Virus record (IMG/VR): IMGVR_UViG_3300042547_000361
Coordinates: 4,327 to 68,326 of that record
Direction: 5' to 3' (one strand)
From: a virus
DNA length: 64,000 nt
Position 1 is the stretch's first letter. Every line of letters begins with the position of its first letter. Below are positions 48,170 through 57,454 of this stretch, in pieces. The notes below the pieces were generated by a model. The model did not search any database. It had not been told where the DNA came from and was given only the letters and a program-made list of their open reading frames with translations. A program made the position numbers and the translations under genes.

Positions 48170-48280
48170 GGGGGTACTCGCTGCGTCTGCGGCTATAGCT
48201 GGCTATACGGCTGCTTCTTTATCCAGCTAAGTGAGCATCCTTGCGGTCTGGCCGACCCGCCGCAGCATCCGCTTTCCCCC
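48170..48280 (-). ncRNA. structured intergenic RNA (possibly Proteo-phage-1-like)
   Basis: GGGGGAAAGCGGAUGCUGCGGC...GCCGCAGACGCAGCGAGUACCCCC enclosing two internal hairpins. Confidence 0.6.
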
Positions 48281-48288
48281 CGAACTCC

Positions 48289-49263
48289 TTACTCGTCGTC
48301 CCAGTCGCTGACGATGTCAGCGAGCTTGGACTTCTTGGCGGGTACCGCAGTCTCCTTAGAAGGAGCCTTGCGCACTTCTGGCTCGTCGTCCTCGGCTGCC
48401 GCTGGCTTGGTCTTGGGAGCCTTGGCCTTCGGTGCTGGGGCTTCCTCTTCCTCGGCTTCAGGCTCGACCTTGGGCGCGGCCTTGGCCTGCGTCGGCTTGC
48501 CGGGGATATCCATCGGCGCTGCCTTGGGCTTGACGCCATCGGCCTGGGCAACGGTCATAACCACTGCCCGCTTGGCATCGTCGCTCTCAGCCTGCCGGGT
48601 AACAACGTCGTACTCGGCGTCCTCCAGCCAGCGCACGGGCGTGAAGAACAGCTTGGGGCTCTCGGCCTTGGTGTCGAACTTCATGCGGGTGACGATCTGC
48701 TCGGGGTTGACCGGAGGCGTCTGCGCAGCCAGGAACCGTGCATAGGCTTGCAGCGGGCGCTTGTCGCCATCTTCCTTGCCGAAGATTGAGGTCGCGGGCA
48801 GCGTAAGCTGCAGCACATCGCCGTCGGGGTTGTTGGCCAGCACCACAGCCAAGCGCTGTTGGAAGCGGCAGGCGCGGCTGTTGCCGTTGCCAGACCCTGC
48901 TTCGTTCTGGGGGCAGCCCATGCAGGTCTTGTTCTGCGGCTCCTTGAGGGAGGCGTCGGGCTTCTCGCCGTCATTGCTCCAGCAGTCCGGGCCTGCGATC
49001 TTGTCTGGGTCGTACGCACCTGCGTAGAAGATGCGGCTGACTTTGGGCGCTGCCTTGACGACAACCACATCGAGGTGACGGTCATCAATGGATGCGATCT
49101 CCTTGCCACCAGAGACAAGGCGGAACACACCGCCCTTGATGGAGATGCGCTTGGTCGAGGCACCAGCACTGCCGCCCGTCAGGGCTTTGGCAGTTTCAGA
49201 CAGCTCGTTGTTGCGAGCGAAGGCGGGGACATTGGATGCGTTAAAAAGCGTGATGTTGCTCAT
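48289..49263 (-). CDS. putative ssDNA-binding/annealing protein
   Basis: Replication cluster, Cys motif, Pro/Ala/Lys linker, acidic WDDE tail. Confidence 0.55.
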   Translation of the reverse strand: MSNITLFNASNVPAFARNNELSETAKALTGGSAGASTKRISIKGGVFRLVSGGKEIASIDDRHLDVVVVKAAPKVSRIFYAGAYDPDKIAGPDCWSNDGEKPDASLKEPQNKTCMGCPQNEAGSGNGNSRACRFQQRLAVVLANNPDGDVLQLTLPATSIFGKEDGDKRPLQAYARFLAAQTPPVNPEQIVTRMKFDTKAESPKLFFTPVRWLEDAEYDVVTRQAESDDAKRAVVMTVAQADGVKPKAAPMDIPGKPTQAKAAPKVEPEAEEEEAPAPKAKAPKTKPAAAEDDEPEVRKAPSKETAVPAKKSKLADIVSDWDDE

Positions 49264-49270
49264 GGTTAAC

Positions 49271-49681
49271 TCACTTGGACTTGGTTACACGAATTTCGAA
49301 CTCGGTGTGCGAGTTCAGACCTGGGGGTACGACCCCTGGGTTCTCTTCCAGAAAGGTCGCCATGTTCGACTGGGCGATGCGCTTTTCCAGCAGGTCAACG
49401 ACTTGGTGGTCAAGAATGAACTTCTTGAACGAGTCCCAGTCCTGCGTGTTGTAGCGCGTCTTGGTCGAGAGGGAGACCGTCCCGTAGGAGGTGTTGACAG
49501 ACTTCAGGCCGAGCGCCTTCATCTTGTCTTTGATGGCAAAGCGCACCTCGTCTTGCTGAGCCTTGAGCTGCTCCACCGCAGTGTCGTACTCTTTGGTCAG
49601 CGCGTCGATGCGCGACTTGATCTTGGTATGTATCTTCACGAGGAGGTCGATTGGGACCACCTCATCTTCAGTTTCCGTCAT
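49271..49681 (-). CDS. hypothetical coiled-coil replication-region protein
   Basis: 136 aa, DWDSF..FI...LLEKRI pattern; own promoter. Confidence 0.7.
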   Translation of the reverse strand: MTETEDEVVPIDLLVKIHTKIKSRIDALTKEYDTAVEQLKAQQDEVRFAIKDKMKALGLKSVNTSYGTVSLSTKTRYNTQDWDSFKKFILDHQVVDLLEKRIAQSNMATFLEENPGVVPPGLNSHTEFEIRVTKSK

Positions 49682-49699
49682 GTGCTTTCTCCTGTTGTT

Positions 49700-49743
49700 T
49701 TGTCAAGCGTTGGACAGTTTACACGGGTTTTTGGCTTTTGCAA
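49700..49743 (-). promoter_or_regulatory. promoter with overlapping operator-like site
   Basis: Minus strand TTGCAA-16 nt-TAAACT immediately followed by TGTCCAACGCTTGACAA. Confidence 0.6.
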
Positions 49744-49753
49744 GTGCCTCCTT

Positions 49754-50260
49754 TCATGTCTTTGGTGCGTGGGTGTGTAGGCGCTTTTCTGCGGCTTTGC
49801 GTGCCGTTACTGCTTGTTGCACACTGCTAAAAAACCCAACAAGGATTACTCTGTTCTCGTGCTGTATGCGCACGCGCCACATGTTTCTGCGGGCGTACCA
49901 GCCCACACCTTTGTGCCCACTGGCGTTGTTTCTGTACACCTGTTTGTTTTGGTTACTTTGTCCGTCTGATACCACGCGTAAGTTGGCAAGACGGTTGTTT
50001 GACGGGTTCCTGTCTTTGTGGTCGATCAGCCCCGCAGGATCAACGCCGTAAGCGTACGCCCAGGCAAGCCTGTGTGCTTTGTAGCTCTTGCCATGCAACC
50101 CGATGTACACGTAGCCAGACTTATGTAGCCAGCCTGCACGGTCCCCGGCGCGTACAGTGCCCTTACTAATGCGCCACGTAAATAACCCGCTGTTGGGGTC
50201 GTAGTCAAGTAGCGTGTGCAGCGCTGACTGTGTCGGCAGCGATATAATTTTTCGAGTCAT
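49754..50260 (-). CDS. HNH homing endonuclease with AP2-like domain
   Basis: YKAHRLAW...IDHKDRNPSNNRLANLR...NNASGHKGV. Confidence 0.9.
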   Translation of the reverse strand: MTRKIISLPTQSALHTLLDYDPNSGLFTWRISKGTVRAGDRAGWLHKSGYVYIGLHGKSYKAHRLAWAYAYGVDPAGLIDHKDRNPSNNRLANLRVVSDGQSNQNKQVYRNNASGHKGVGWYARRNMWRVRIQHENRVILVGFFSSVQQAVTARKAAEKRLHTHAPKT

Positions 50261-50325
50261 ACGAAGCGCCTTTCGTGTTGATTAGAAGCCCTGTGCGCAT
50301 TCCCGTGCCACAGGGCTTTGCCATT

Positions 50326-51885
50326 CTAGCTTTTGATCTCGGCCTCAAACATGGCAGTGAGCATGTCGTTGTCAGTGACGCGAGCCGTCAGTGCCTTGAA
50401 CATCTTGCGCTCGATGGGCGAGCCTTGGATGTGCACCACGGTGACCTTGTCGCTGTTCTGGCCCTTGCGATCAGCCCGAGCGATGCATTGTATGTACTGC
50501 TCCACGGACATCAAGGGGCCGTAGAACACCACGGTGTCAGCAGCAGTCAGGGTAATCCCGTGTGCAGTTGCCTGCGGCTGCATGATAAGCAGCCGGGGGT
50601 CGGGCTGCGTTTGAAAGCGCTGGATGATGTCGGCGCGTTTGGTTGCACTCACACCGCCGTGGATGACCTCGGCCTTCAAACCCTTTTTGGTCAGGTGCGT
50701 GTGGATGGCGTCGATGGTTGAGCGAAACATCGCAAAGACGATGACCTTGCGATTCGTCTCCTCCAAAATCTCCTCCAGCACGCCCAGGCGCGGGGCAGCA
50801 TCGAACTCAACAACTTCCTTGGAGTCTGTGTAGGCCGCGCCGCACGAAATCTGCAGCAACTTGCTCACACCAGCAGCGGCGTTGACAGCGGTAATGGTCT
50901 CTCCTGCGGCGTGGGCCAGCATCTGATCTTTGAGCAAGTTGTAGTACTTGGTCTGCTGCGGCGTGAGCGGCACCTCGCGCACCATCGTCATGACCGGCGG
51001 CAGGTCCAGGCACTGCTCCTTGGTGAACCTGATCGCGGGCTGCAGCGCGTTGAACACATCGTCCTTGGCTGTGGCCTTGGGTGCCCACTTGAACATGGTC
51101 ACCTTGTACATGACCTGATCGCGCCACGCTGTTTGGAACTGCGGCACCCCCTGCGGGTTGACCAGCTTGGCCAGCCCGTACGCATCAGCAGGCGACTGCG
51201 ATGCGGGTGTCCCCGTCATCATCCACAGGTACGTGTCGGGCTTGATGATGGACTTGAGCGTCTTCCACCGCTTGGTGGTCATGGTCTTGTATGCGTTGGC
51301 CTCATCGACGATGACAAGGTCGAACCTGCCGTCTGCGTTGATCTCATCTGCGATCAGGTTAAGCCCGTCGTAGTTGCAGATCACAAACTCGTAGTCCGAC
51401 TGAACCATCTCGATGCGCCGAGCAGCCTGGGGGTGGTGCGCGACAATGGCCGAGCGATGGATGATTGAGTTGTTGAGGTCGCTCATCCACGCTGCATGCA
51501 TGATCGACAGCGGGCACAGGATCAAAGCGCGGCGCACAAGACCACGGCTCATCAGGTAGTCCGCTGCCCACAGCGCTGACAGTGTTTTGCCCGTGCCGGG
51601 ATCGTTGAACACAAACGCCTTGCGGTGGACCGTCAGGAACGAGGCAGTATCGACTTGGTGCGCCATAGGCTTGTAGCGCCCTGGCCAGTTGTAGCGGCGC
51701 GTGATGGGCGAGGGCACATCTTTGACGCCCAGGTTGCGCAGCACCCGCACCTCTTCAAGCCCCCAGTACACCGCGACCTTGTACGTGTCGCCCTCTCGGG
51801 CAAGAATCTTGTGCTTGGGGATTAAGTTGTATCTCTGCGGGTTGCGCGTTCGAAAGACAAGCGCCTTGTCCTCTACTATCTCCAT
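50326..51885 (-). CDS. SNF2-family helicase
   Basis: DPGTGKT, VDEA, MTGTP, HGITLT, QCIARADRKGQ; RBS supports ATG 51885. Confidence 0.9.
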   Translation of the reverse strand: MEIVEDKALVFRTRNPQRYNLIPKHKILAREGDTYKVAVYWGLEEVRVLRNLGVKDVPSPITRRYNWPGRYKPMAHQVDTASFLTVHRKAFVFNDPGTGKTLSALWAADYLMSRGLVRRALILCPLSIMHAAWMSDLNNSIIHRSAIVAHHPQAARRIEMVQSDYEFVICNYDGLNLIADEINADGRFDLVIVDEANAYKTMTTKRWKTLKSIIKPDTYLWMMTGTPASQSPADAYGLAKLVNPQGVPQFQTAWRDQVMYKVTMFKWAPKATAKDDVFNALQPAIRFTKEQCLDLPPVMTMVREVPLTPQQTKYYNLLKDQMLAHAAGETITAVNAAAGVSKLLQISCGAAYTDSKEVVEFDAAPRLGVLEEILEETNRKVIVFAMFRSTIDAIHTHLTKKGLKAEVIHGGVSATKRADIIQRFQTQPDPRLLIMQPQATAHGITLTAADTVVFYGPLMSVEQYIQCIARADRKGQNSDKVTVVHIQGSPIERKMFKALTARVTDNDMLTAMFEAEIKS

Positions 51886-51904
51886 CTGCTTTCTCCTTGT
51901 GTTT

Positions 51905-52168
51905 TTAAAACCGCTCGTTGAAGAACTCGTTGACCGCGTCTTCAAACTCCTTGAGGCTGAACCTGCCGCCTTCGCCGTCGCTGGGCCCGCTGCTGCGCAT
52001 GATGATTAACTCATCGCCAGAGCGGCACAGTTGAAAGCTGTCGAGGAACAAGACGCTGGGCGCTTGCCTTCGCGCCTCGTTCCACACAAACACGGCGTTG
52101 TTCATGCCGATGAGCTTTTGCTCTGCGGCAGACAGCTTGGCCCACCAGTCGTCAAACGATCCAATCAC
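51905..52168 (-). CDS. hypothetical protein
   Basis: 87 aa, AAGGAG RBS. Confidence 0.6.
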   Translation of the reverse strand: MIGSFDDWWAKLSAAEQKLIGMNNAVFVWNEARRQAPSVLFLDSFQLCRSGDELIIMRSSGPSDGEGGRFSLKEFEDAVNEFFNERF

Positions 52169-52401
52169 TTGTTGTCTCCTTGGTTGGCGCTCTTGCTGCG
52201 CAGCCGCAGGTTGCCCGGCGATGTCTTGCCGCCCTTGCGAAGCGGCACCTTGTGGTCGATGTCTTTGCCTGCGCGGTCGATGCCCTTCTTGTCGTAGAGC
52301 CTGCGAGCTTTCTGCCGCTCCAGTTGGTCTTCGGTCTCGCCAGTTTTCTTTTGCAGTTTGTAGGCGTGCTTGTAATCACGCTTGCCGTTTACTTGCGTCA
52401 T
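52165..52401 (-). CDS. small HNH-motif protein
   Basis: DIDHKVPLRKGG...NLR...N. Confidence 0.75.
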   Translation of the reverse strand: MTQVNGKRDYKHAYKLQKKTGETEDQLERQKARRLYDKKGIDRAGKDIDHKVPLRKGGKTSPGNLRLRSKSANQGDNK

Positions 52402-52403
52402 GG

Positions 52404-53072
52404 TCACCCTCTCTTTCGGTTATGTTCACACGTTGCCACAGGACACCAGCCGCAAAGCGGTGTCGGTTTGGGGTTCCACACCCCGCTTGAATGCGCCTGC
52501 TCGATGCGGGCTACACGCTGGCGGTAGTCCCACCAGTACTCCTCGGTCTCGCCCACCATGAAGCTGGCCTTGGCGATGTCTTCCTTGACCACGAACAGCA
52601 GCGCCCCAGAGACGCGCCGGATGTGGGGGAAGTGGGCGAACACCATCAGCGCCATGAGCTTGAGCTGCTCGCGGTCTGGGTACTTGTTGTTGCCCGACTT
52701 GTAGTCCACCACCTTGGCCGTGAGGTTCTCGTCGTCGATGATGAGCAGGTCGGCAATGCCGCGCACCCATACATCTTTGGCCATGAACCCGCACGGCTTC
52801 AGATCGGTGGTCACGCCCATCTGATACTCGCACAGCTTCCTGCCCGGCTTGTCCTTGAGCGCGTCAAGGGTAGCCTGCAAGAACGAGAACTGCGGCGGCA
52901 GGGGCGTGCCGTCCTTGATGTGCAACTCAGCCGCCGTGTGCAGCTCCTTGCCGTAGATCGTTGCGTCGGTGTCCTTGAACGGGTAGTTCTTGAGCACCTT
53001 GACCTCGTGGTACCGGCGGGGGCAGCCCTCGTAGTCCTTGAGGGAGCTGTGCGACCAAGTTACTGCTTTCAT
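52404..53072 (-). CDS. PD-(D/E)XK exonuclease (Cas4/RecB-like)
   Basis: WSHSSL..YEGCP, RGIADL, VDYKSG, CGWCPV.C. Confidence 0.85.
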   Translation of the reverse strand: MKAVTWSHSSLKDYEGCPRRYHEVKVLKNYPFKDTDATIYGKELHTAAELHIKDGTPLPPQFSFLQATLDALKDKPGRKLCEYQMGVTTDLKPCGFMAKDVWVRGIADLLIIDDENLTAKVVDYKSGNNKYPDREQLKLMALMVFAHFPHIRRVSGALLFVVKEDIAKASFMVGETEEYWWDYRQRVARIEQAHSSGVWNPKPTPLCGWCPVATCEHNRKRG

Positions 53073-53380
53073 CAAAACCTCGCTGTGCGTATTGCTCGGG
53101 CCAGTCGGCGGGCAAAGTCCTCGACGAAACTCTCGCGGTTGTTCAGGACATGCTCGCCCATCTCGTGCAAGATGGCGTGCGTCAGCTCGTGCCAGAAGGT
53201 CTCCTCCAGCGCCGTCAGCTTGAACGGTATGCCGTGATGCGTGCGCCGTGCAAGCTCGATCTTCTGCGTGTCGTATGTCACACGCCCGATCTCACTCTTT
53301 CTGCGCATCGACTCCACGATGTCAACGCTGTACCACTTGCTGCCCACCTGTATCTTCTTGGGCAGTACCAGTTGCTTCAT
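53072..53380 (-). CDS. small HExxH metallopeptidase-like protein
   Basis: ETFWHELTHAIL...ESFV. Confidence 0.7.
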   Translation of the reverse strand: MKQLVLPKKIQVGSKWYSVDIVESMRRKSEIGRVTYDTQKIELARRTHHGIPFKLTALEETFWHELTHAILHEMGEHVLNNRESFVEDFARRLARAIRTARF

Positions 53381-53389
53381 GCTTTCTCC

Positions 53390-55360
53390 TTAGTTCTTAG
53401 CTAACCCATACCTACGGTGAGCACCACCGTCAGCGGCCAGGGGAATCCCCGGCATGTACTTGGGCACAACGGTCATCTGCGCCAAGACCCAAGTCTTAGC
53501 GTCTGCAGCCTCCTCGTCGGGCACCACCACAATCTGCTCGTCATGCACTGTGCCTGCCACGAAGTACTTCTTCGAAGTACGTAGCATGCCGTCGGTCATC
53601 ACGATCCTTGCCAACGCCTGCGTCACATTGTTTGTGATCTTGCCAGCATAGAGCTTGGTCGCGTCCTCTCCATACACCCAGTTCTTTTGCTTGGTCACCT
53701 TGTCGGTGACTTGGCGCAGGTTCGGGTATAGAAGAGACATGCCGTTGGGTAGCACGATCTCTTCCTTGCGGAAGGTCACACATTTATACACGAACTCTTC
53801 GCCCCCCGCAAGGGCGGACACCATCAGCCTGCTGCACATATCCCAGAAGGTAACCACGGGGTATGCCGTGGCGCGGTAGATGTCGATGATCTTCTTGGCT
53901 GCCACGCAGTGGATGAGAAGCTGCTCCTCGGTGCAGGTGTGTGGAATGTCCTGCATCTTGATGACGTTGTCATCCCAGTCCATGAACCGCTGCACGTAGT
54001 CCTGCGTGGCCCCGAGCTTCTTGGCAAACGCTTTGTCGTAGCGCACGGGCGGTGCGCCCAGGAACCCCACCAGAAGCTGCGATGCGAAGCTCGCCCACCC
54101 CAGGCCATACCCACACCCCAGCAACGCGCTCTTGGCGCTCTGGCGCAGGTCTGGGTGGCTCTCCTTGGTCATGCCGGGTATGCCGAACATCTGCGCACCG
54201 AACTGTGCATACGCATCCTGGCCCGAACGGAAGATGTCCAGCAGATCGTCGTAGTCCGCCAGCCACGCCAACACACGCGGCTCAATCTGCGAGAGGTCAC
54301 CCACCACCAACTGATGGCCTTCTGGGGCCATGATGGCTTTGCGCAGGAAGCTGCCGCGCTTTAAGTTCTGCATGTTGATAGCAGAGCCCTTGGCAGCGGT
54401 CCAGCGGCCCGACTTGGCACCGTAGTAGGACAGCGGCACGGGCAGCTTGCCGCGCTGGGAGATGTCCAGAAACCGCTGCGCACGGGTGCGCTCGGTGGTG
54501 GACTTGACCTTAAGCCTTGCTTCGCACAGTGCTGCCACATCCTCGTTGCTGCCGTTGAGCAGCGCTTGGAACATAGCGTCGTTCTTGGCCAGGGCCAGCG
54601 TTGGTTTGCCGGTGGTCTTGCTCACCTTCGTCGGCGCTTCCACGCCCAGGCTGCGCAGTACCTCGGCAAACTTGGGGTTCGATGCCAGCTCTGCCTCGTC
54701 GATGCCCACACGCTCCAGCAGCTTGGCCCTGTGCGCACCCTCCTCAGACAACGCCTGGATGAGCATCTTCTGGTCAAGCTCAAGCACCGGGCGGGTGTAC
54801 ATCTTGAGCGTCATGTCGATCAGGCGCAGCTCTGACTTGGGGTAGCCCTCAATGAGACGCTCAAAGATTTGCTCGCACAGGTATACGTCATGCTTGCAGT
54901 AGTCGGCAAGCTCCTTTTCTATCTGTGCGTCGATCTCCTCCAGGCCATCGGTGCTGTGCACCGCCCGGCCCTTCTCGGGCAGGCCGAAGTCTGCAGCCAG
55001 CTTGGCAAGTCTGTTGCCAACCTCCACGCCGCGTAGAGCACGCGCCATTGATAGGGTGTCGAAGATGAACGCGGGCCGTACCCCGTAGCGCCACTCAAGG
55101 ATCGACACATCGAACTGTGCGTTATGGGCGAGCACAGCGGTCTTGCTCCAATCGTAGGTCGCCAAGATGCGCGGCAGCTCGTCGCCCCTGTACCACTGCA
55201 CGGCAGTCTCGCTGCCGTACTCATGGATGCAAGCGCCAAACGCTTTGAAGCGCTTGTCGCGTATGTACTCCTCGGTGGTCAGCTTCGACAGTGTGTAGTC
55301 CGCCTTGTCCCAGCGGGTTTCAAAATCAATACTGACAATACGTTGGTATGGTGCGCTCAA
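53390..55360 (-). CDS. polA: DNA polymerase family A with 3'-5' exonuclease
   Basis: DFET, AHNAQFD, YCKHD; motif A DLSQIEPR, motif B RQSAKSALLGCGYG, motif C VHDE. Confidence 0.95.
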   Translation of the reverse strand: MSAPYQRIVSIDFETRWDKADYTLSKLTTEEYIRDKRFKAFGACIHEYGSETAVQWYRGDELPRILATYDWSKTAVLAHNAQFDVSILEWRYGVRPAFIFDTLSMARALRGVEVGNRLAKLAADFGLPEKGRAVHSTDGLEEIDAQIEKELADYCKHDVYLCEQIFERLIEGYPKSELRLIDMTLKMYTRPVLELDQKMLIQALSEEGAHRAKLLERVGIDEAELASNPKFAEVLRSLGVEAPTKVSKTTGKPTLALAKNDAMFQALLNGSNEDVAALCEARLKVKSTTERTRAQRFLDISQRGKLPVPLSYYGAKSGRWTAAKGSAINMQNLKRGSFLRKAIMAPEGHQLVVGDLSQIEPRVLAWLADYDDLLDIFRSGQDAYAQFGAQMFGIPGMTKESHPDLRQSAKSALLGCGYGLGWASFASQLLVGFLGAPPVRYDKAFAKKLGATQDYVQRFMDWDDNVIKMQDIPHTCTEEQLLIHCVAAKKIIDIYRATAYPVVTFWDMCSRLMVSALAGGEEFVYKCVTFRKEEIVLPNGMSLLYPNLRQVTDKVTKQKNWVYGEDATKLYAGKITNNVTQALARIVMTDGMLRTSKKYFVAGTVHDEQIVVVPDEEAADAKTWVLAQMTVVPKYMPGIPLAADGGAHRRYGLAKN

Positions 55361-55650
55361 TTAAACATCTCCTTTGGTGGTGCGTCTTTTGTGTTTAGGT
55401 ATCCCAAAAAATCATTGGCCCCTTGCAGCAACTGCGCCGCTACCATGCTGTCGCAGTTGAGCGATACATAGCTGTCGATGGATGCGTCGCTGCCCAGGAC
55501 GATCACAGCGCAGTCGCTGGTGTCTTTGTCGTAGCACTTGGTGATGGCGTACAGCAGTGAGCGCAGGTGCATGCGCTCAAGATCGGACATCTTGGCAACG
55601 ATGCGCTCGATCTCTTCTTCTATCTGCTTGCCGGTCATGGCAGTGTTCAT
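55357..55650 (-). CDS. hypothetical protein
   Basis: ATGA-coupled, AGGAG RBS. Confidence 0.65.
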   Translation of the reverse strand: MNTAMTGKQIEEEIERIVAKMSDLERMHLRSLLYAITKCYDKDTSDCAVIVLGSDASIDSYVSLNCDSMVAAQLLQGANDFLGYLNTKDAPPKEMFN

Positions 55651-55931
55651 GTCAACTCCTTTTGTAGTAGGTCCATGTTGGTCTCGTTGATCACAAGGGC
55701 GATGCCGCCAGCGGCGCGGATGCGCGCCAGATGCAGCTCTTGTAGTGCGGTGGGTTTGTTGCTGCCTGCCTTGGCTTCGACGGCGATGAAGCGCCCCTTG
55801 TGGCAGATCAGAAAGTCGGGCACCCCTGAGTTGCCGTAGCCTGTACCGATGGGCATGGCGTAGTACGCGCCAGCGTCATCGAGCAGCTTGCGAATTTTCT
55901 TCTTGACTTTTACTTCAGGGGTGCTCGCCAT
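55647..55931 (-). CDS. VRR-NUC nuclease (Holliday junction resolvase-like)
   Basis: PE..VK...GVPDF...VEAKA...TALQ. Confidence 0.9.
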   Translation of the reverse strand: MASTPEVKVKKKIRKLLDDAGAYYAMPIGTGYGNSGVPDFLICHKGRFIAVEAKAGSNKPTALQELHLARIRAAGGIALVINETNMDLLQKELT

Positions 55932-56133
55932 GCTGGCTCCTTGTTTGTCTGTCCCAGGCCAGCGCCAGGGTCAGTCGGTTGGGGTACTTCAGTTTCCTGA
56001 TTAGCCGACCAAGATACTCCTCCACTGTCCTCTCGGTCAAGCCAGTCTTTCGTGCCACCAGATCAGTCTCCCCCAGCTCGCACAGGGCATCCAGCAGCTT
56101 GGCTTCTGGCGGCGTGACGTTAAGTTTTTTCAC
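55915..56133 (-). CDS. LuxR-type HTH protein
   Basis: TPPE...VARKTGLTERTVEEYL..LIRKL...NR. Confidence 0.7.
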   Translation of the reverse strand: MKKLNVTPPEAKLLDALCELGETDLVARKTGLTERTVEEYLGRLIRKLKYPNRLTLALAWDRQTRSQHGEHP

Positions 56134-56320
56134 GTTTCTCCTTCAGCCTGTCTATTGCGTAAGCCATCACTTGCTCAAACGTCCAGCGGTTGTTCGGCTC
56201 AATCTCGTTGACTGCTGTGTAAATCTTCTCCAACAACTGCCACAGTTCATCTCTTTGGGCCATCGCACAAATAGGGCGCTGGCAGTGGAAGCTGCATGAG
56301 TGGATGTCGTTCATTACCAC
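56120..56320 (-). CDS. hypothetical protein
   Basis: IHSCSFHCQRPIC motif. Confidence 0.6.
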   Translation of the reverse strand: MVMNDIHSCSFHCQRPICAMAQRDELWQLLEKIYTAVNEIEPNNRWTFEQVMAYAIDRLKEKREKT

Positions 56321-56493
56321 GCCCCCTCATCAAACTCACTTTCATTTGCCATCGCAAACTCCAGCAGTTGTTTAACCGCGCTCGGCGTGATCTTCACCGC
56401 CGCCCCCTCGCCGTCTGTGAATTTGATCCAGTCGCCGTAAACCTCAAAGTCTTTTGCGCTGTCAATCTCAGCGCCATCATCAGTAACAATCAT
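56314..56493 (-). CDS. hypothetical protein (59 aa, not in ORF track)
   Basis: AAGGAGAAGAAATG start; MIVTDDGAEID... Confidence 0.6.
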   Translation of the reverse strand: MIVTDDGAEIDSAKDFEVYGDWIKFTDGEGAAVKITPSAVKQLLEFAMANESEFDEGAW

Positions 56494-56633
56494 TTCTTCT
56501 CCTTTGCTGGGCAGTCTCTGCCCTGGTTGCAGTCATAGTTGCACTCGTCACAGGCGTCAAAGTTTGCCGTCCTGGCCCACCAGATAGCGCCAGCGAACAG
56601 GCCGATGGTGATAAGGATTTCAGAAAGGTTCAT
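56490..56633 (-). CDS. small membrane protein with Cys motif (47 aa)
   Basis: TM helix then CDECNYDCNQGRDCP. Confidence 0.6.
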   Translation of the reverse strand: MNLSEILITIGLFAGAIWWARTANFDACDECNYDCNQGRDCPAKEKK

Positions 56634-56854
56634 TTCTCATCCCTCCATGTGCCATCCTTAAAGATGAACCGTGTAAACAGTAGGTTGCCACCCAGGTCGT
56701 AGTGTGCTGCCATGCAAGGCAGTTTGTTGAGCGCAGGTGATCGGGACTGAAGACCCACGCTGCTCTTGTACTCGTGCGGGAAGTAGTACATGGTTGAGTG
56801 GGCTTCCTTGGGTGTGTCTGGTGGTATGGTGAAGTCGTACAGATCGCGTTTCAT
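56630..56854 (-). CDS. hypothetical protein
   Basis: ATGA-coupled on both sides. Confidence 0.55.
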   Translation of the reverse strand: MKRDLYDFTIPPDTPKEAHSTMYYFPHEYKSSVGLQSRSPALNKLPCMAAHYDLGGNLLFTRFIFKDGTWRDEK

Positions 56855-57021
56855 GCCTGCCCCTTTGCTCGACGGGCCTCGATCTTCGCTTCAATTTGTG
56901 GTATTTGGCGTCCGTCAATTTCTGTTATCTCCTCACCACACTCAAAGCATCTGTAACAAATTCGCCCGTCAAACCAAAAACGGTTATAACGCGCCCAATT
57001 GTGGTTGCAATGATCTGTCAT
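56851..57021 (-). CDS. small Zn-ribbon-like protein (56 aa)
   Basis: CNHNW...CFECG; ATGA-coupled. Confidence 0.55.
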   Translation of the reverse strand: MTDHCNHNWARYNRFWFDGRICYRCFECGEEITEIDGRQIPQIEAKIEARRAKGQA

Positions 57022-57233
57022 TCTTGCCCCCTTTCCCTGATTGCGTCAGCACACTCCATTGCGTTGCCACCGTTGAGCCAATGCTCACAGCATATCTTCA
57101 CGCATTGCTCACGCTCGGCATTGACAGCAGCGCACCAACCCTCCCAGGCCCAGTAAGCCGGGGTGTATATGCGATACGGGTTGTCCTTCAACAACTCGTC
57201 AGAGTTCCACCAATTGTTAAATTCTTCTTTCAT
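57018..57233 (-). CDS. hypothetical protein, AIRxRGQE family
   Basis: EREQCVKIC...AIRERGQE. Confidence 0.7.
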   Translation of the reverse strand: MKEEFNNWWNSDELLKDNPYRIYTPAYWAWEGWCAAVNAEREQCVKICCEHWLNGGNAMECADAIRERGQE

Positions 57234-57454
57234 TCTTGCCCCCTTGCTCGGATGGCGGCGGCGAGTACTGCACCCGCATCTGCGTCGGTGTCGCTTTCAA
57301 ACGCATCGCACACTTTCGCACACGCCTCGCGCTCGTCAGCACGGACAAGGTCGGCAAAGTCTTGTAATCGAATCATTGCTTCATCGTTCGTTTCTTTTAA
57401 AAAAAACGGGACAACCAAAGCCTCCCGCGCCATTGCAATAATGTCTTCTTTCAT
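57230..57454 (-). CDS. hypothetical protein, AIRxRGQE family
   Basis: EREACAKVC...AIRARGQE. Confidence 0.7.
   Translation of the reverse strand: MKEDIIAMAREALVVPFFLKETNDEAMIRLQDFADLVRADEREACAKVCDAFESDTDADAGAVLAAAIRARGQE

Noticed and set aside
48170-48280. tRNA
   Set aside because: No T-loop or D-loop consensus and no CCA end; kept as a generic structured RNA
52404-53072. Cas4-like nuclease as evidence of a CRISPR system
   Set aside because: Stand-alone PD-(D/E)XK exonucleases are routine in phage replication modules
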